Part shown: positions 28,071 to 41,900 of the stretch, piece by piece
Layout of the letters: each line of letters begins with the position of its first letter
How positions within the stretch are numbered: the first letter of the stretch is position 1
NCBI RefSeq assembly: GCF_006345805.1
Contig: NC_043005.1
Span: 6,448,001-6,512,000 of the forward strand
Length of the DNA stretch: 64,000 nucleotides
Origin: Octopus sinensis
Lineage: Eukaryota
Reading direction: 5' to 3'
The notes under the pieces: model-generated
What the model saw: the letters and a program-made list of their open reading frames with translations, nothing else
Told to the model about the DNA's origin: nothing
The model's database searches: none
Translations under genes and position numbers: made by a program

Positions 28071-29164
28071 AGGTCACTGACTCAAGCAAATGAGAGAACA
28101 AAATGCTATGATGATGATGATGTTGATCACCATTATCATCATCATCATCATCATCGTCGTCGTCGTCGTCGTCGTCATGATTGTAACGTCCATCAGTTCA
28201 TAATGCTTGGGTCGAACGGTGTTCATTGTTCAGATATTCTACACACGAATCCCTTTCCTCTCGCTAGCCATCGCCTCTTTCCGAGAAAGATACAACATTG
28301 TCAAAGATGGACATATTTTTAAACAGGCAGTTAAAGATGAATCTCATCTCTTGTGTGATGGTGACGCTCGTTTACGACAGTTCTGAGATGAACAGATGAG
28401 GAAAACACAAATAAAACTGCATTCATATACACATAAATATAATATAAATATATTTGTGTGTACTTTTATATACACACAGACTCATACACACCGGAAAAGA
28501 TGTCCGGCAGAATATGGCTGGATGACCATATAAGGGTTTGTACCAAACTTTGGCATTGAAATCTCTACAAATACCCGAAGAGGGCGCAACTGCATAGTGA
28601 CAAAGTGGTCACATTCGTATATACACACAGAGATATTCATACACACACACGTCTATGTGTATGAGTGTGTGTGTGTGTGGTGTGTGTGTGTGCGCGAGTA
28701 AGTGTGTGAGGCGGATATTTCTTGGGTGTAACCAGAATGTTTAGCAGAAAAGCCACTAATTTGCAGCTATTTCATTTGCTCTCAAATGCAATAAAGTTTA
28801 CAAAGGTTTATATAGTGAATGATTTTATACAATTATATGATGCCTACGCATATGTATGTACGAACACACACGCACATTTTTGCGAATGTGTGTGTGTTTA
28901 TATGTATCTATAAGTGGGATGGTCACCATATTGATAAAATTCAAAAGATATTCACAATTGTGCAATGAATTACGTCTCAAAATTGTCGAACTGCCCAAGC
29001 AAATATCTTATTGAACAACAAGTGTTGCAGTAGGAGTTGAGGCGTGAACGCAAAAGGATTATATATCATAATCATCATAATCATTGCGACAGTATGTATA
29101 TATAAACATATATATATATATATGTGCGTGTGTGTGTGTATATATATACATTTATATTATATAT

Positions 29165-29196
<32 letters not shown>

Positions 29197-29250
29197 GTAG
29201 GAGTTGAGACGTGAATGCAAAAGGATAATATATCATAATGATTGCGACAG

Positions 29251-29281
<31 letters not shown>

Positions 29282-29442
29282 TATATATATATAATCAATA
29301 ATTAAGGGTAAAATCAATTAGTTATTAATTAATTTCACCAAGTAGTGTTCAGTATGTAAAAGGACCATTCAAGGCGTATTCAAAATATTTCTTTATATAA
29401 TTAAGGGCTCAGTAAAATAATTTACTTTGCCACATACTGAAG

Positions 29443-30068
29443 TTTTTAGAAATAGCAGCCAAAAAGTTTCTTTAGCCATTTCTACTACTTTAAGAAAAAT
29501 CTCCCTGATAGTGCTTACTCAAAAATAATTCATGTAGATCTGGAGGGAAAACAACAAAATATCACAAGTACAAAGATTATTTGAGAACGCTCACGTTTCT
29601 AGATTAGCCGAATTAAAACTCGACATTTCTTTCGTCAGCTCAACATTTCTCAATTTGGATTTGAAAGCACTAAAAATAATGAACATACCCATCCGACATG
29701 AATGACCTCAGACGAACATCTCCAAACTGGTAGTGCTAGCAAATTCAAACAGTACAAGTAAAGAATCTATGTATATCCCACTTCCATCCACTTGAGTTAT
29801 CGAGTAAACATGGTTATAACGATGAGAACCGCAGTAAAAGAGGAAACAGGGAGAAAGGAATTGTATTATCAATAATTAAGGGTAAAATGTCGAGTTTTAA
29901 TTCGGCTAATCTAGAAACGTGAGCGTTCTCAAATAATCTTTACTTGTGATATTTTCTTGTTTTCCCTCCAGATCTACGTGAATTATTTTTGAGTAAGCAC
30001 TATCAGGGAGATTTTTCTTAAAGTAGTAGAAATGGCTAAAGAAACTTTTTGGCTGCTATTTCTAAAAA
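29443..30068. repeat. About 185-bp inverted repeat (29443-29628 / 29885-30068)
   Basis: Direct comparison; the leader atcaataattaagggtaaaat is repeated at 29294 and 29868. Confidence 0.9.
29581..29643 (-). ncRNA. Type I hammerhead ribozyme motif
   Basis: UUGAG-CUGACGA-32-nt stemII-GAAA-CG(UGAG)CG-UU-CUCAA; A.A mismatch at the base of stem II. Confidence 0.65.
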
Positions 30069-30081
30069 TCTCAATATATAC

Positions 30082-30112
<31 letters not shown>

Positions 30113-30114
30113 GT

Positions 30115-30266
30115 AGTGACCCCCTTCGGTCAGACACTGACCATGGGTTTGCACCTAGAGAGTTACTCTCTGAGGCACAAGTCTGGGCAAGGTTGTTTCA
30201 TGGAAGACCAGCAGTCGTCCATGCATACCGGCCTCCCCTCTCCCCGTCACCGATGTTGTCCAAGGG
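30115..30266 (-). mobile_element. SINE 3'-portion fragment
   Basis: ccatggg.ttgcacctaga.agttac...ggaagaccagcagtcg.ccatgcataccggcctcccc, recognised from memory as an octopus SINE body; no second copy in window. Confidence 0.5.
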
Positions 30267-30346
30267 AAAAAACAAAAACAGAACAGAGGCGGAGCAAAAC
30301 AAATCGATTTGTTTTGCTCCGCCTCTGTTCTGTTTTTGTTTTTTCC
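30265..30346. repeat. Perfect 82-bp palindrome with no spacer
   Basis: Centre aaatc|gattt at 30305/30306; all 41 pairs match. Confidence 0.95.
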
Positions 30347-30357
30347 AACGGATTTCC

Positions 30358-30450
30358 TATTTCTTCCTGAAGAGAAAGACACAATATGGTCTCCTTATTC
30401 AATCGGAATTTGGTAAATTGTGCCTTTCGAAACACGTGTAGAATGCAATA
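30358..30450 (+). ncRNA. Type I hammerhead ribozyme motif
   Basis: UUC-CUGAAGA-GAAAGACACAAU..AUUGUGCCUUUC (11/12 bp)-GAAA-CACGUG-UA-GAA; palindromic stem III, GUA site. Confidence 0.7.
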
Positions 30451-30656
30451 AACGATTTCTGTTCAATCTTCGTTCAACTCCAATTCTTCAATTCACTAAT
30501 AATATAAAATTCAATTATCCGCACCAACGCACGGTTGCAACACCATATGGTCGTACCTCCAACCGTGCTGTCTTCTGCTGTGATTTTTGCTACCAAGGTA
30601 TCGGTTAAACTTTTGATTAATCTGCAACAAGATTATTCATCTTTCTATTTCACAAA

Positions 30657-30768
<112 letters not shown>

Positions 30769-30776
30769 ATATATTA

Positions 30777-30815
<39 letters not shown>

Positions 30816-31000
30816 GAACCATTGATCCCTACCCATATTTTTATACCCGTCTTTTCTTTTTGTTCTCTCTCCATTTACTCCTCTCAATCTTTTCTGTCGA
30901 AGAGCGTAGGCTCGAAACGTCATAGGTTTTTACATTCTTCCCAAACTAAAACATTTGATTGTTCTTCCCTCACCTCTCTTCGAATTTTGTTTCACGTGAA

Positions 31001-31064
<64 letters not shown>

Positions 31065-31080
31065 ATATATGTGTGTGTGT

Positions 31081-31115
<35 letters not shown>

Positions 31116-31328
31116 ATTTATACTACATGTTTCATCTGCAGAAAAATAAGCACACATACACACATACATATTTCTAATACATATACTTATGTATATATAT
31201 TTATATAATATGTATATTATATTGTACTGTATTATATGTTATATTATACATACATCAATATGTTCTATGGCATATATACACATACACACACACACATAAT
31301 ATATTATATATATAATATATATATATAC

Positions 31329-31368
<40 letters not shown>

Positions 31369-31386
31369 ATATACATACATATATAC

Positions 31387-31479
<93 letters not shown>

Positions 31480-31483
31480 GTCC

Positions 31484-31770
31484 TTCAATATGACTGAAAG
31501 TGTTACAACACCTATGCCGCTAGAAATAAGAGCTAAATGGCTCTGTTGCTGCTGTCAACGCACATATGATTTTATACATACATGCAACCAGCGACTGTAG
31601 ATAACAGCGACTGACAACTACTAACATCTCTATACCGTACGGTTTCATCTCTAGACCGGTATATATGTATATATGTAGATCAGTATATATGTTCGTTGAC
31701 AACAGCAACTGAGCCATTTAGCTCTTATTTTTAGCAGTTTAGCTGTTGTAACACCTTCAGTCATATTGAA
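31484..31770. mobile_element. MITE / fold-back element with long imperfect TIRs
   Basis: ttcaatatgactgaaagtgttacaaca...tgttgtaacaccttcagtcatattgaa; inner arms aagagctaaatggctc / gagccatttagctctt. Confidence 0.75.
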
Positions 31771-32574
31771 TAACGTTTATTAGCTGCCTCATTTAATTAC
31801 ACAACACAATCGCACACACACATAAATACATTTGTACACCTGTATATATGCAACTATCAATCTATGTCCAATATTCCTGGTAGGGTCGTGTGTGTAGAAT
31901 CCTGAGTTATCTCTTCCACTTCATTTCTTCAACATTCTAATCCCATGATCATTGTACCGGAGGTACATACACCCTGTGGTGAAAATTAACAGTTCGACTT
32001 GGGGGAGATTTCCAGATATATATATATATACTTGGAGTTTGTACATTACTGCATATGCTTTATAAGCATTTTTGACAAGTTGTGGTGCACCTGAGCACTG
32101 TATACAATAATTTCATTATTATTATTTTTTAATGAACATATGACCTTCCTTATAATGAATATGATTGTGTCTCGGCACATTTGATATTATGGGAGTTCCA
32201 TGAGCAACAAAAGAAAAATATTACCATATAGAGTGTCAAACACTTATAATTCATTATCCTCGTCAAATAACAACGACCATGTTTCATGATCTAATCTGAA
32301 CGTAAGAATCAAGTCAGAACTAAAACCAAAATGTGAAAGGCTCAGAAAACTGTGCCTCTGTTAGCATCAATATCATCTAAAACCAACAAATGTGAGTAAC
32401 AGAATGTATAAATGGATGGTAAATGTTATCTAGACAATGTAGTAAATGTGTATTATATGCAGTTACCAACAAGGAATTGTGTGTTCTAGTCACACTGGGA
32501 ACTCATATTCTATTCCTATCTGTATATTTTATGTTCATACCAAAAGGTATTAACATAAAACATACAGAGAGGAA

Positions 32575-32742
32575 TAGGCAGGGGAGTGGCTGTGTGGTAA
32601 GAAGCTTGCTTCCCAAACATATGGTTCCAGGTTTAGTCCCACTTCATGGCATCTTGGGCAAGTGTCTTCCACTATAGCCTCGAGCCGAGCAAAGCCTTTT
32701 GAGTGGACTTGGTAGATGGAAACTGAAAGAAGCCTGTTGTAT
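32575..32742 (+). mobile_element. SINE family A, 5' half
   Basis: Homologous to 1974-2135. Confidence 0.8.
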
Positions 32743-35731
32743 ATGTACATCTATATATATATAAAACTGAGAATGTGTATGTATGGTTGTCTGTTTGCAT
32801 GAATCCCTAAAACTAAAGAAGAACCCTACCAATTTCATTCAAATTTTACACATGCCTTACTTAGGGCCCATAGAGTGTCATGGGTGAAAAAAGTCTTCAA
32901 CTTCTTGCCTAATGCGGGCCCAAGGGCGGATAAACCGCATTTCAAAGCCTTTTGGGCAGCGTTAAAGCCCGTAACTTGAAGAGTATCCAGCCACTTACCT
33001 CCAAATTTGCAACAAACATTAATCAGGCCCCTCGAAATGCTGTTGGCTAAAAACAGTTTCAGAAGCCGACTATGAGTCCTCCACAAAATGCAGATTAATC
33101 AGATTTGAGTACACTGGGTTTTATTGTTGTTTTGGGCCATTTTCCGCCGATAAAATATTGACAGTATTTATGCATTATAAGTAGCGTATAATATTTTATG
33201 AAAAGCTTTTTGTCCAATTTGGCAGAGAAAACGGGAAGAACAATAAAATTTTTGATGCTGCTTGTTATCCCCGCACCACCGGGTCATGTACATGTGTGTC
33301 TGAGCGGCCAGGTAAATGCACGTATGAGTATGTGTGTGTACTTGTGTGTGCATGGTTCGGTAAAGGCACAACAAACCCCAGAAGTGCCTTCTTGATGTTT
33401 CACGTTTCCAATCCCATGCAGTGCAGCATGGCCCAATAGCATGTCTGCTTTCTATGTCATCCATATCTGAACTATACAATGCAAAATGTTCATACGAGAA
33501 AATAAACTGTTGTGACTTACAGTCATTCGAGTTTGACTGCCTGACCATTTCCGGAAGCTACGCTTGTCACCTACAATTAATCCACCTTGTGTCCCCCCAC
33601 CCCCGTTTAGTTGGACGAGTAAATACTGAATTAATTGTGAATTGACTGAAATCAGACACATTTTTAAAACTCTCCTTTATTTATGTTTATTATGTTTAAA
33701 AGTGTACAAATTTTGAATTTTGTTTATAATTTTTATAATTTTGTTTTCATTCCTGTTGGACCCCACAATTCTCAATTTGGCGGCAATCTTTTTCTTTACC
33801 TCCATTTCCAAGATTGAGCAACATATTACGACATACATCTGGCTACATAACAGCAACACAACACAAAAACTTATCAGAAACTTACAAAGATCTTTATAGA
33901 AAAACAAAGAACTTTCTTATTAACTCACACGTTTACACCTCAACAAAAATAGATTTTAGTTCCCTCTTCCAAAAGACAATATTGAATCTAATTTATCCAT
34001 TTTACCAACCATGTTAACCTTGATTTTATAAACTTTCAGTAATATTTTTAATACAGTTACTTTACATCTAACCTTTCAAATGGAAATTAGAAATGGGATC
34101 TGTTCTCCACCATTCTAATAAACAAAACAGCTCAGGTGAATGTAAAATGTATAGAAATCAATTAAGAGTTGCTATTTCATACTCACCAACTGTCTTTGTC
34201 ACAGTCCGCACTTCCTTCGTTTCAACCTTTGCAGTCTCTGAAATATGTGTTTCCAAGTTTTATACTTTATAGCAACAATTTTTTTATATCTGTTAATAAT
34301 CTATATTTTATCATTCTGAGTCAATTGTAACATCAATGGTCAACCAGTGATCACTATGGTTTTGGTCAATATTCCATGTAATCGGCCAGTATTTATGACT
34401 GACCTCCCTAAACATCCACTCTCTATCACGACATCCTACATAGTCTAACGATGTAGCAATTATCACATTTAATTATCACTCAACATCAGATTGAATGTTA
34501 GTTGTACTGTTTCTTTTCTTATAACTGTGCCAAATCTTTTACATGGCATCGTTCTCAAAGCCCCAGTCTTTGCTAACAATCTGCTTAATTCCAATGTCAA
34601 CCAAGTAATTCATCAAAGATCTAGACATAAGCACATGTGACACCACTTTCAGAAAGATAAACATAGACCTGATCTCTCTGTTAAAAGTTGCTCCTGATAA
34701 TCTTTAATTCTAACTGCCCACTCTACCAGAATGTCATATTATCCAGGACATACTTGAAGGTTTCGTGATCTGATGTGAACATAATAATCAAGTGAGAACC
34801 AAAACCAAGAGTTGAGAGACAAACAAAACTGTGCTTCAATTGGCTTTAATATCATCCAAAAACCAACATTCCAACAAGGAGTTGTGTGTTAAAGTCTTTC
34901 ACATGGGGAACACAGTTTTACTCCCTTAAAATCTTCTGCTGAATTTAATACTCTACCAAAGATGACAACGATCTCCTTGTAAGTACACAATTTATGCTCC
35001 ATTAGTTTTGTTGCAGACTACAACCCCGTTGAAGTGTAACAAGTTTCTTACTTGGATAAAGACAATGTTTAGTGGATATCACTGAGAAGAGACACTAGGA
35101 ACACCTTTTGAGATAAATCTGCCAGATTATACTGACCTGAGTCAAAGCAACAACATGAAGTACATTATTCTACACAATAAAGTCAATGAGACAAGCAGGA
35201 CAAACAGACAGATCATCAAAAGGTATTCTTACCAACTTCACTTTTGCTTGTTACAGGTTTCCGACACTTCAGACATCGTTGAAGTGGAACGATTGAACAT
35301 TGCTTACATATCAAAAGATGTTCGCATGGATGGTATTTTATGGTTGCTATTCTATTTCTGCACCGCAAACATCTGTGCAACAAAGTACAAACATATCAGG
35401 CCAAAATATTCATTTATAACAAATATTATATTGTGTGCATGTTTACAGAAGAGATAATTAGGACAAAATACAATGACAAGTAAGAGGACACCAAAAATTA
35501 TTTATACAGTTACACAGAGGCAGCTTTGTGCGTAGCTATATGGCACAAACACACACACACACATGCAAACACACAAATTGATGAATACTTGTCTTGACTC
35601 TGACACATCATAAGAAATGTCTGGTACACATTCACTACATGTATTCCAGAAATATATTTCTAACATCGAACTCATTTCTTCTGAAGAAATATATCTACAC
35701 AGCTTTCTTTATATTCACATACTTTATTATG

Positions 35732-35734
<3 letters not shown>

Positions 35735-35797
<63 letters not shown>

Positions 35798-35832
35798 CAA
35801 CAATAATAATAATGATAATGATTATAATAATG

Positions 35833-35874
<42 letters not shown>

Positions 35875-35898
35875 TTAATGATAATAATAATAGTAATA

Positions 35899-35955
<57 letters not shown>
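35735..35955. repeat. (AAT)n microsatellite
   Basis: Direct reading. Confidence 0.95.
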
Positions 35956-35958
35956 TAA

Positions 35959-36187
35959 TCTCTTTTACTCTTTCACTCGTTTCAGTCATTTGACTGTGGC
36001 CATGCTGGAGCACCGACTTTAGTTGAGCAAATCGACCCCAGGACTTATTCTTTGTAAGCCTAGTACTTATTCTATCGGTCTCTTTTGCCAAACTGCTAAG
36101 TTACAGGGACGTAAACACACCAGCATCGGTTGTCAAGCGATGTGGTGGGGACAACCACAGACACACAAACATACACACACACACACG

Positions 36188-36221
<34 letters not shown>

Positions 36222-36393
36222 CATATATACGACCAGCTTCTTTCAGTTTCAGTCTACCAAATCCACTCACGAGGCTTTGGTCAGCCCGAGTTTATAGTAG
36301 AAGACACTTGCTCAAGGTGTCACGCAGTGGGACTGAACCCGGAACCACGTGGTTCATAAGCAAGCTGCTTACCACACAGCCACTCCTACGCCT
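35959..36393 (-). mobile_element. SINE family A, full length
   Basis: Reverse complement of 1974-2391. Confidence 0.9.
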
Positions 36394-36716
36394 ATGATTG
36401 AATGAGACCTTGATATTATGTAAAATAGAAAAAATTATCTATAAATAGAAGTCTGCTCCGGTATCCAAAACTCTGAGTTTTATTACGACAACCATCTAAT
36501 TGTCACATATTATATATATATATATATACAATACAAAACACGTAATTGCATTTAATCTGGTTAACAAGTATTCTATGCTTAGACATTCGGTTATGAATTG
36601 TATGGATGGACGACAGAACACAATCACCATGGCATCATGTACGGGAGAACATCATGTATGGTAGCAACACAAGTCACTATTCTAACATAGAACAATGCCC
36701 TGAGAACTGCATACAA

Positions 36717-36759
<43 letters not shown>

Positions 36760-37358
36760 TGTGTGTGAGTGTGTGTGTGTGTGAGTGTGCTAAAGCCGAA
36801 AACTCTTTCAATGTTAATGTGTTGAATATAGTAAATGCCATGTTTGCATCTGCCATTACTGCCTTACTAACCTCCTGATGATCCCAGACCAATAAAAGTT
36901 ACATAATGGTTCTATGATTGAAGGATGTGGGAAATGGTCCAACTCCCAAATTGGATCATTCAGTGTCTGACGCATGTGACTTTACTGTGCCATCGCTATT
37001 GAAAAAAGTCTGGCCGTTACAAAAGGAAATTTCAGAAAATCCGCTGATGCTTGTCAATTGAATAAAACAAAACAATATTTATACAGACCAAAATCAATAT
37101 CTATAAAAAATAACTGAATTTCAACAGACAAAGAAAGCTAAGTATATTCTCTAAGGGGAAATGTGTCCGCTTCATTAGTAGCAAATACGGAAAAAGATGT
37201 ATGGCAATGAAATTGCTAAATCTAACAAAATACGGGAGTCTAAGGGTCTAAGGCGACTAAAACACCTAGTAATGGTATATGTGTTATTTGAATTATTTCT
37301 TTCCTGCAGTTTTTTTTTCTGTGAAGATATGTGGCAATGTTCCTCAGTGTTTGTAGAA

Positions 37359-37390
<32 letters not shown>

Positions 37391-37414
37391 ATATGTAAGT
37401 ATGTATAATGTATG

Positions 37415-37464
<50 letters not shown>

Positions 37465-38074
37465 ATAATATTAAGGAGTATAACTCCAAACTTACAAGGG
37501 AAAATTTAGTATTAAATCAAATTTCACGATATAAATATATAAAATATAAATTAGAGATTTACTTATTATATATTGATCATTCACTTTTATATTGTTTGAG
37601 ATCTAGTTATATGTTTTATAAAATATATTTGTTATTTATGTTTTGGTACATGTCTATCACTGTTTGAGTTGCATAATAGTGGTTTTATCTCTAATTTATA
37701 TTATATATATAGTACGTTTAAATATTTGTTTTGCAATTACATGAAATATATAAACAGAAGATACAAATATTCATGCATCCCCCACATACACTAAATAACC
37801 ATACGCACATAGAGATATAAGCCATGCGCAAATGAGACATACAATAGAAATACAAAATGCTGACGGTTAGTAAGGAGAGACACAAATAAGTAAGAAGTAA
37901 ACAAAGGACACTGATGCGGTCACAGGAGCGTGACAAAAGAACTCTGGCCGAATAAATTTAAGATTAATGTAAAAAATAAATAACACTGAAGCAAAGTAAC
38001 ACACCAATATATAGTGCGTGTGTTTTTTATTGGCTAAACTGGGCATATGACCATTCCGAAATACAACATTATAT

Positions 38075-38136
<62 letters not shown>

Positions 38137-38153
38137 AGGTATATATATATACA

Positions 38154-38197
<44 letters not shown>

Positions 38198-38229
38198 ATA
38201 TATATATAATTATATATATATACATAGCG

Positions 38230-38428
38230 GGAAAATTTTTTTTTTAAATGCAGATGCTCAAATGAAAGAAAATTTTAATAAAATGAGAAATTGATAAAAT
38301 ATATAAATATATATTTATTCAACCGTTTTCGTCATTGTATGACTTGTCAGAATATTTATGTTAAAAAGTTTTTTAAAAATTAGAAAGGGGAAAAAGGAAA
38401 ATTGCATTGTTTTTTGCAAAATAATAAT
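38230..38428 (-). repeat. Penelope 3' pseudo-LTR
   Basis: Direct repeat of 42815-43022, differing mostly by single-base indels. Confidence 0.85.
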
Positions 38429-38981
38429 AAGAATGTACAAAAATTAAAATATACGTACTCTCCGATACATTGTGAGTTCGTTGTGTATCTTGAGTTTAAT
38501 GATTGTTCACGAAAAAATTACCTTGAGGTATTAGGATCCAATGGGATTAAGAGCATGTGTTGTTTGGTTTTAATTCAGGATGTTGGCAAACAGGAAGTAG
38601 TAGTAATTGTGGCTTCTTCAGTTCCTGTGTTGTGAGTAAGGGAGACAACTCTTTTGAGCTCTCAATAAAGGCTGTTGGTAAACCCAAATTATAAAATTAT
38701 CATTTTAGCTTCATTTGCGTTATCTTTTTTATATAATTGTTTGTTAACTTAACTTTCAGATTTTAACACTTTATATTTATATTATTTTCTAATTATATAA
38801 ATCTGCATAGATAATTGCATTTCAGATTGTCATTCATTTATAATAAAAATGATAGTAATAACAACAATAGTAAAATGATATTTAAAGAATATAAGTTTTA
38901 GCTTGAAGTGATGAATGCATGGTATCTTTATATATTTGTGTTAGTCCATCCATGAAGAGTGAGGTAGAAAAGGAAGTTTGA

Positions 38982-41900
38982 TCAACGAGGAGTTTGCATA
39001 TTAAGTTGTGTTTGGAATTTTTCAATAAAGAGATTCTCCTTGTTAATTCTCTCCTGTGTGGTGATCCCGTCTTTACATTGGTAGAAGGGAATATATAGAA
39101 TTTTGGTGTTTAAGTCTTTAGCACATGAGTCTAGTGGTCACTCATTGCAATTTGTCGGTATTCCGGGAGATTTATTGTTCTTTATGCACCGTTACTCGTT
39201 TACGTAACGGGAGACTCGTTTGTCCAACATAATTATGTTGGCAACCAGCGCATGTGAGAACGTAGATAAGTTTCTCGGAGGAACAGGAGAAGTTAGTCTT
39301 GATTTTAAACTTCGTACCTTGTTTGAAGGTAAATTCAGAGCCTTCAGTAGAAAGGGGCAGGTACCACAGTTTGAGCGTGCACATTTTTTTACTGTTGGGG
39401 GTGGATGTGGTGTGTGAAGTTTGGCATTTGTCAAGAGTTTTTTTTTAAGATTTGTGTTGCCTTTTGCATTTGAGGATTTTGTGTGTATTTATAATGTTTT
39501 TCATTTTGGGGTCTGTTGACAGTAGACTGAGGTTTTGTATGATTGTGGTGTATGCTTCGATATTTTTGGGGTTGTGGGTGGAAATGTATGGAAGTATTTT
39601 GAGGTTGTGTGTGGTGTTAGGTTGGGTGGTTTTCAGTGTAGTGTTATCTAGTTCTTTGGCGCGTTTTTTCCATACTCTATAAGGGTGGAGGGATATTGAC
39701 GTTGTAATAGTGTTTTTTTGAGGTCTTGAAGGCGTATTTCTCGTGTTTTTGGATCCGAGACAATGGTGCATACCCTTTTAGCTAAATTGAAAGGGATATT
39801 TGTCTTGGTGTGTTTTGGGTGGAATGAACTAAAGAGGAGGTATTGTTGCGAGTCTGTAGGTTTGTGATAGATGTCTGTTATGATTTGGTTCTTAGGTGTT
39901 TTTATAATTAGGAGATCAAGGAATGGGAGATGATGTTTGCTTAATTCCATAGTGAACTGGATGTTGGGATATATGTTGTTTAGTATGGTTTTGAATTCCA
40001 GGAGTTTTTCATAAGGTTCTTTCTATATGATGAAACAATCATCTAAATACCTTTCCCAGTTTTCCATTAGGTAGGTGTGGAAAACATGTCCAAATTTCTG
40101 GCTTGATATTTCATAGAGTGACAGTTCGAAGTAACCCATTATGAGGTTCGCAAGGACTGGTGCAGCCTTGGTACCCATCGCAATACCACATTTTTGACGG
40201 TAGTGTGTGTCGTCGAAGAGAAAAAAATTGTTTGTCAGAATGAACTTGAGAGATTCTGTAATAAAAGACTTGTTGATGCGGTCAGGGAATGTCTCTGGGT
40301 GTTTTTCTAGCCAGAAGTCAATTGCCTCTATACCATACTCATGTGGGATGTTGGTGTAGAGGTTGATGACATCAAAGGATACCAGGAGTGCCTCCTCGTT
40401 AACTGTTTTCGGAGGTGTTTGAGCATGTCCAGATCATCCCTAATGAAACTTTTGATGTGGGTAAGGAAAGGTTTCAAAAGGATGTCTAGGAAGTTACTCA
40501 GGCGGTGTGTTTCACAGGAGGTACCAGCCACGATGGGCCTTAGTTTTAGGTCCTCCGGTGCTTTGATGTTGATGTGGATGTCAGTGGAGAGTTTGCAGGC
40601 TTCGGTGATGTATTTGTTTTTATGGATTTTAGGAAGGCCATAAAAGAGGCTGGGATTGCATTTGAAAATGGTGATATAATCCCTTTCTTTCTCTGTGAGT
40701 CCCTGACCGTGTTGGCGTATGAGTGTGGTGAGGTTTCTGATTTTTTTTGCTGTTTGTAGTTGTTAATAACCTCATAGAAAATGTTATTGTTAAGCATGGA
40801 AAACACTAGGTGTTTATAAAATTCCGTGTCCATAAGGACCACAGCACTCCCTTTGTCCGCTTCTTTGATGGTGAGGTTTTTATCCAGTTGTATGTCACGT
40901 AGGTTTTCCCATTCTTCCTTACTGAAATTGGATTTTACCTTGGTTTTGCTTGGGGTAAAGGGGAGACTCTGGATGTGTTTGCAGAAATCGTCCAGTGTTT
41001 TATTTCTCCCTTTTGATGGTAGGAAGTTGCTTTTATTTCTGATCAATGAATCGTCCCCATTGTTGATATCTGTCAAAGCTTCTGTTAGGCGAAGTTTTCT
41101 GCAGAATTCAGAAACATCATCCTTGACCTTGGGTGTTCTTGGGGTGGGTGTGAATTTCAAACCTCTTGCTAGGATGTTGATTTGGGTTGGTGTCAGTGTT
41201 TTGCTGGAGAGGTTTATAATTTTTGTTTTCTTATTTTGGGTCTGTGTTAGCGGTGGTGTTTGTATTTTCCCCTCTGTCTAAAAAATGGTTGTTGAGGTAA
41301 GGGGTGTATTCTTTGTTAAAGTTCTGGTTGTATGTGTAGGAGTGTTTTTGGGTGGGGAGGTTGGAGGGGGGTAGGTAGTTGTGGTATTTATGTTGGTATG
41401 GGATGCGATGGTGTAAGGTTTTGTGAGAAATGCGATGGGTTTGTGGGTGTGTGTCTGGTAGATTGTATGGGGGGATGTAGGGGGTATGTAGTTGTGGTGA
41501 TTGGGTTCGTGTGGGATGTGAGGGTTTGGAGATCTGTAGGAAATGTGGTAGGAATGTGGTTGTTGGATGGGTGGACTATAGGGGGTTCGTTGGGTGGGTA
41601 TTATATGTATCGGTGTGGGTAGGATACCTTGTTTGTTATTAGTGTGAGGGAGGGGAGCATTGAGGGGGGATAATTCCTAATGTATGGGAGGTTCTTGAAG
41701 GTTCTTGTCGGTGGGGGAGGGGTGTTAGAGTGACTGGAAAACCAGGTTTTGTGGTGGGTCTTTTTTGAGATGTTTCGGGGGGGAAAAGGTTTTTTATATG
41801 GTTGGGGGAGGTTGTGTCCTGTTAGGAGGGGGTTTGGAGAGTATGTGTATTTGAGGTGCGGTTTGGAATGGTGTTTATGGGGTACAGTGGAAGTCTGTGT

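Noticed and set aside
32280-34930. Diverged direct repeat pair (about 32280-32520 and 34755-34930)
   Set aside because: Looks like two old remnants of one interspersed element; no open frame retained
35257-35332. Plus-strand exon candidate (ttgttacag|VSDTSDIVEVERLNIAYISKDVRMD|gtattt)
   Set aside because: Weak donor, unrecognised peptide and no partner exons; splice-like signals are common by chance in AT-rich DNA
37911-37945. CUGAUGC-GGUCAC..GUGAC-AAAA
   Set aside because: Two core positions are lost and there is no stem III
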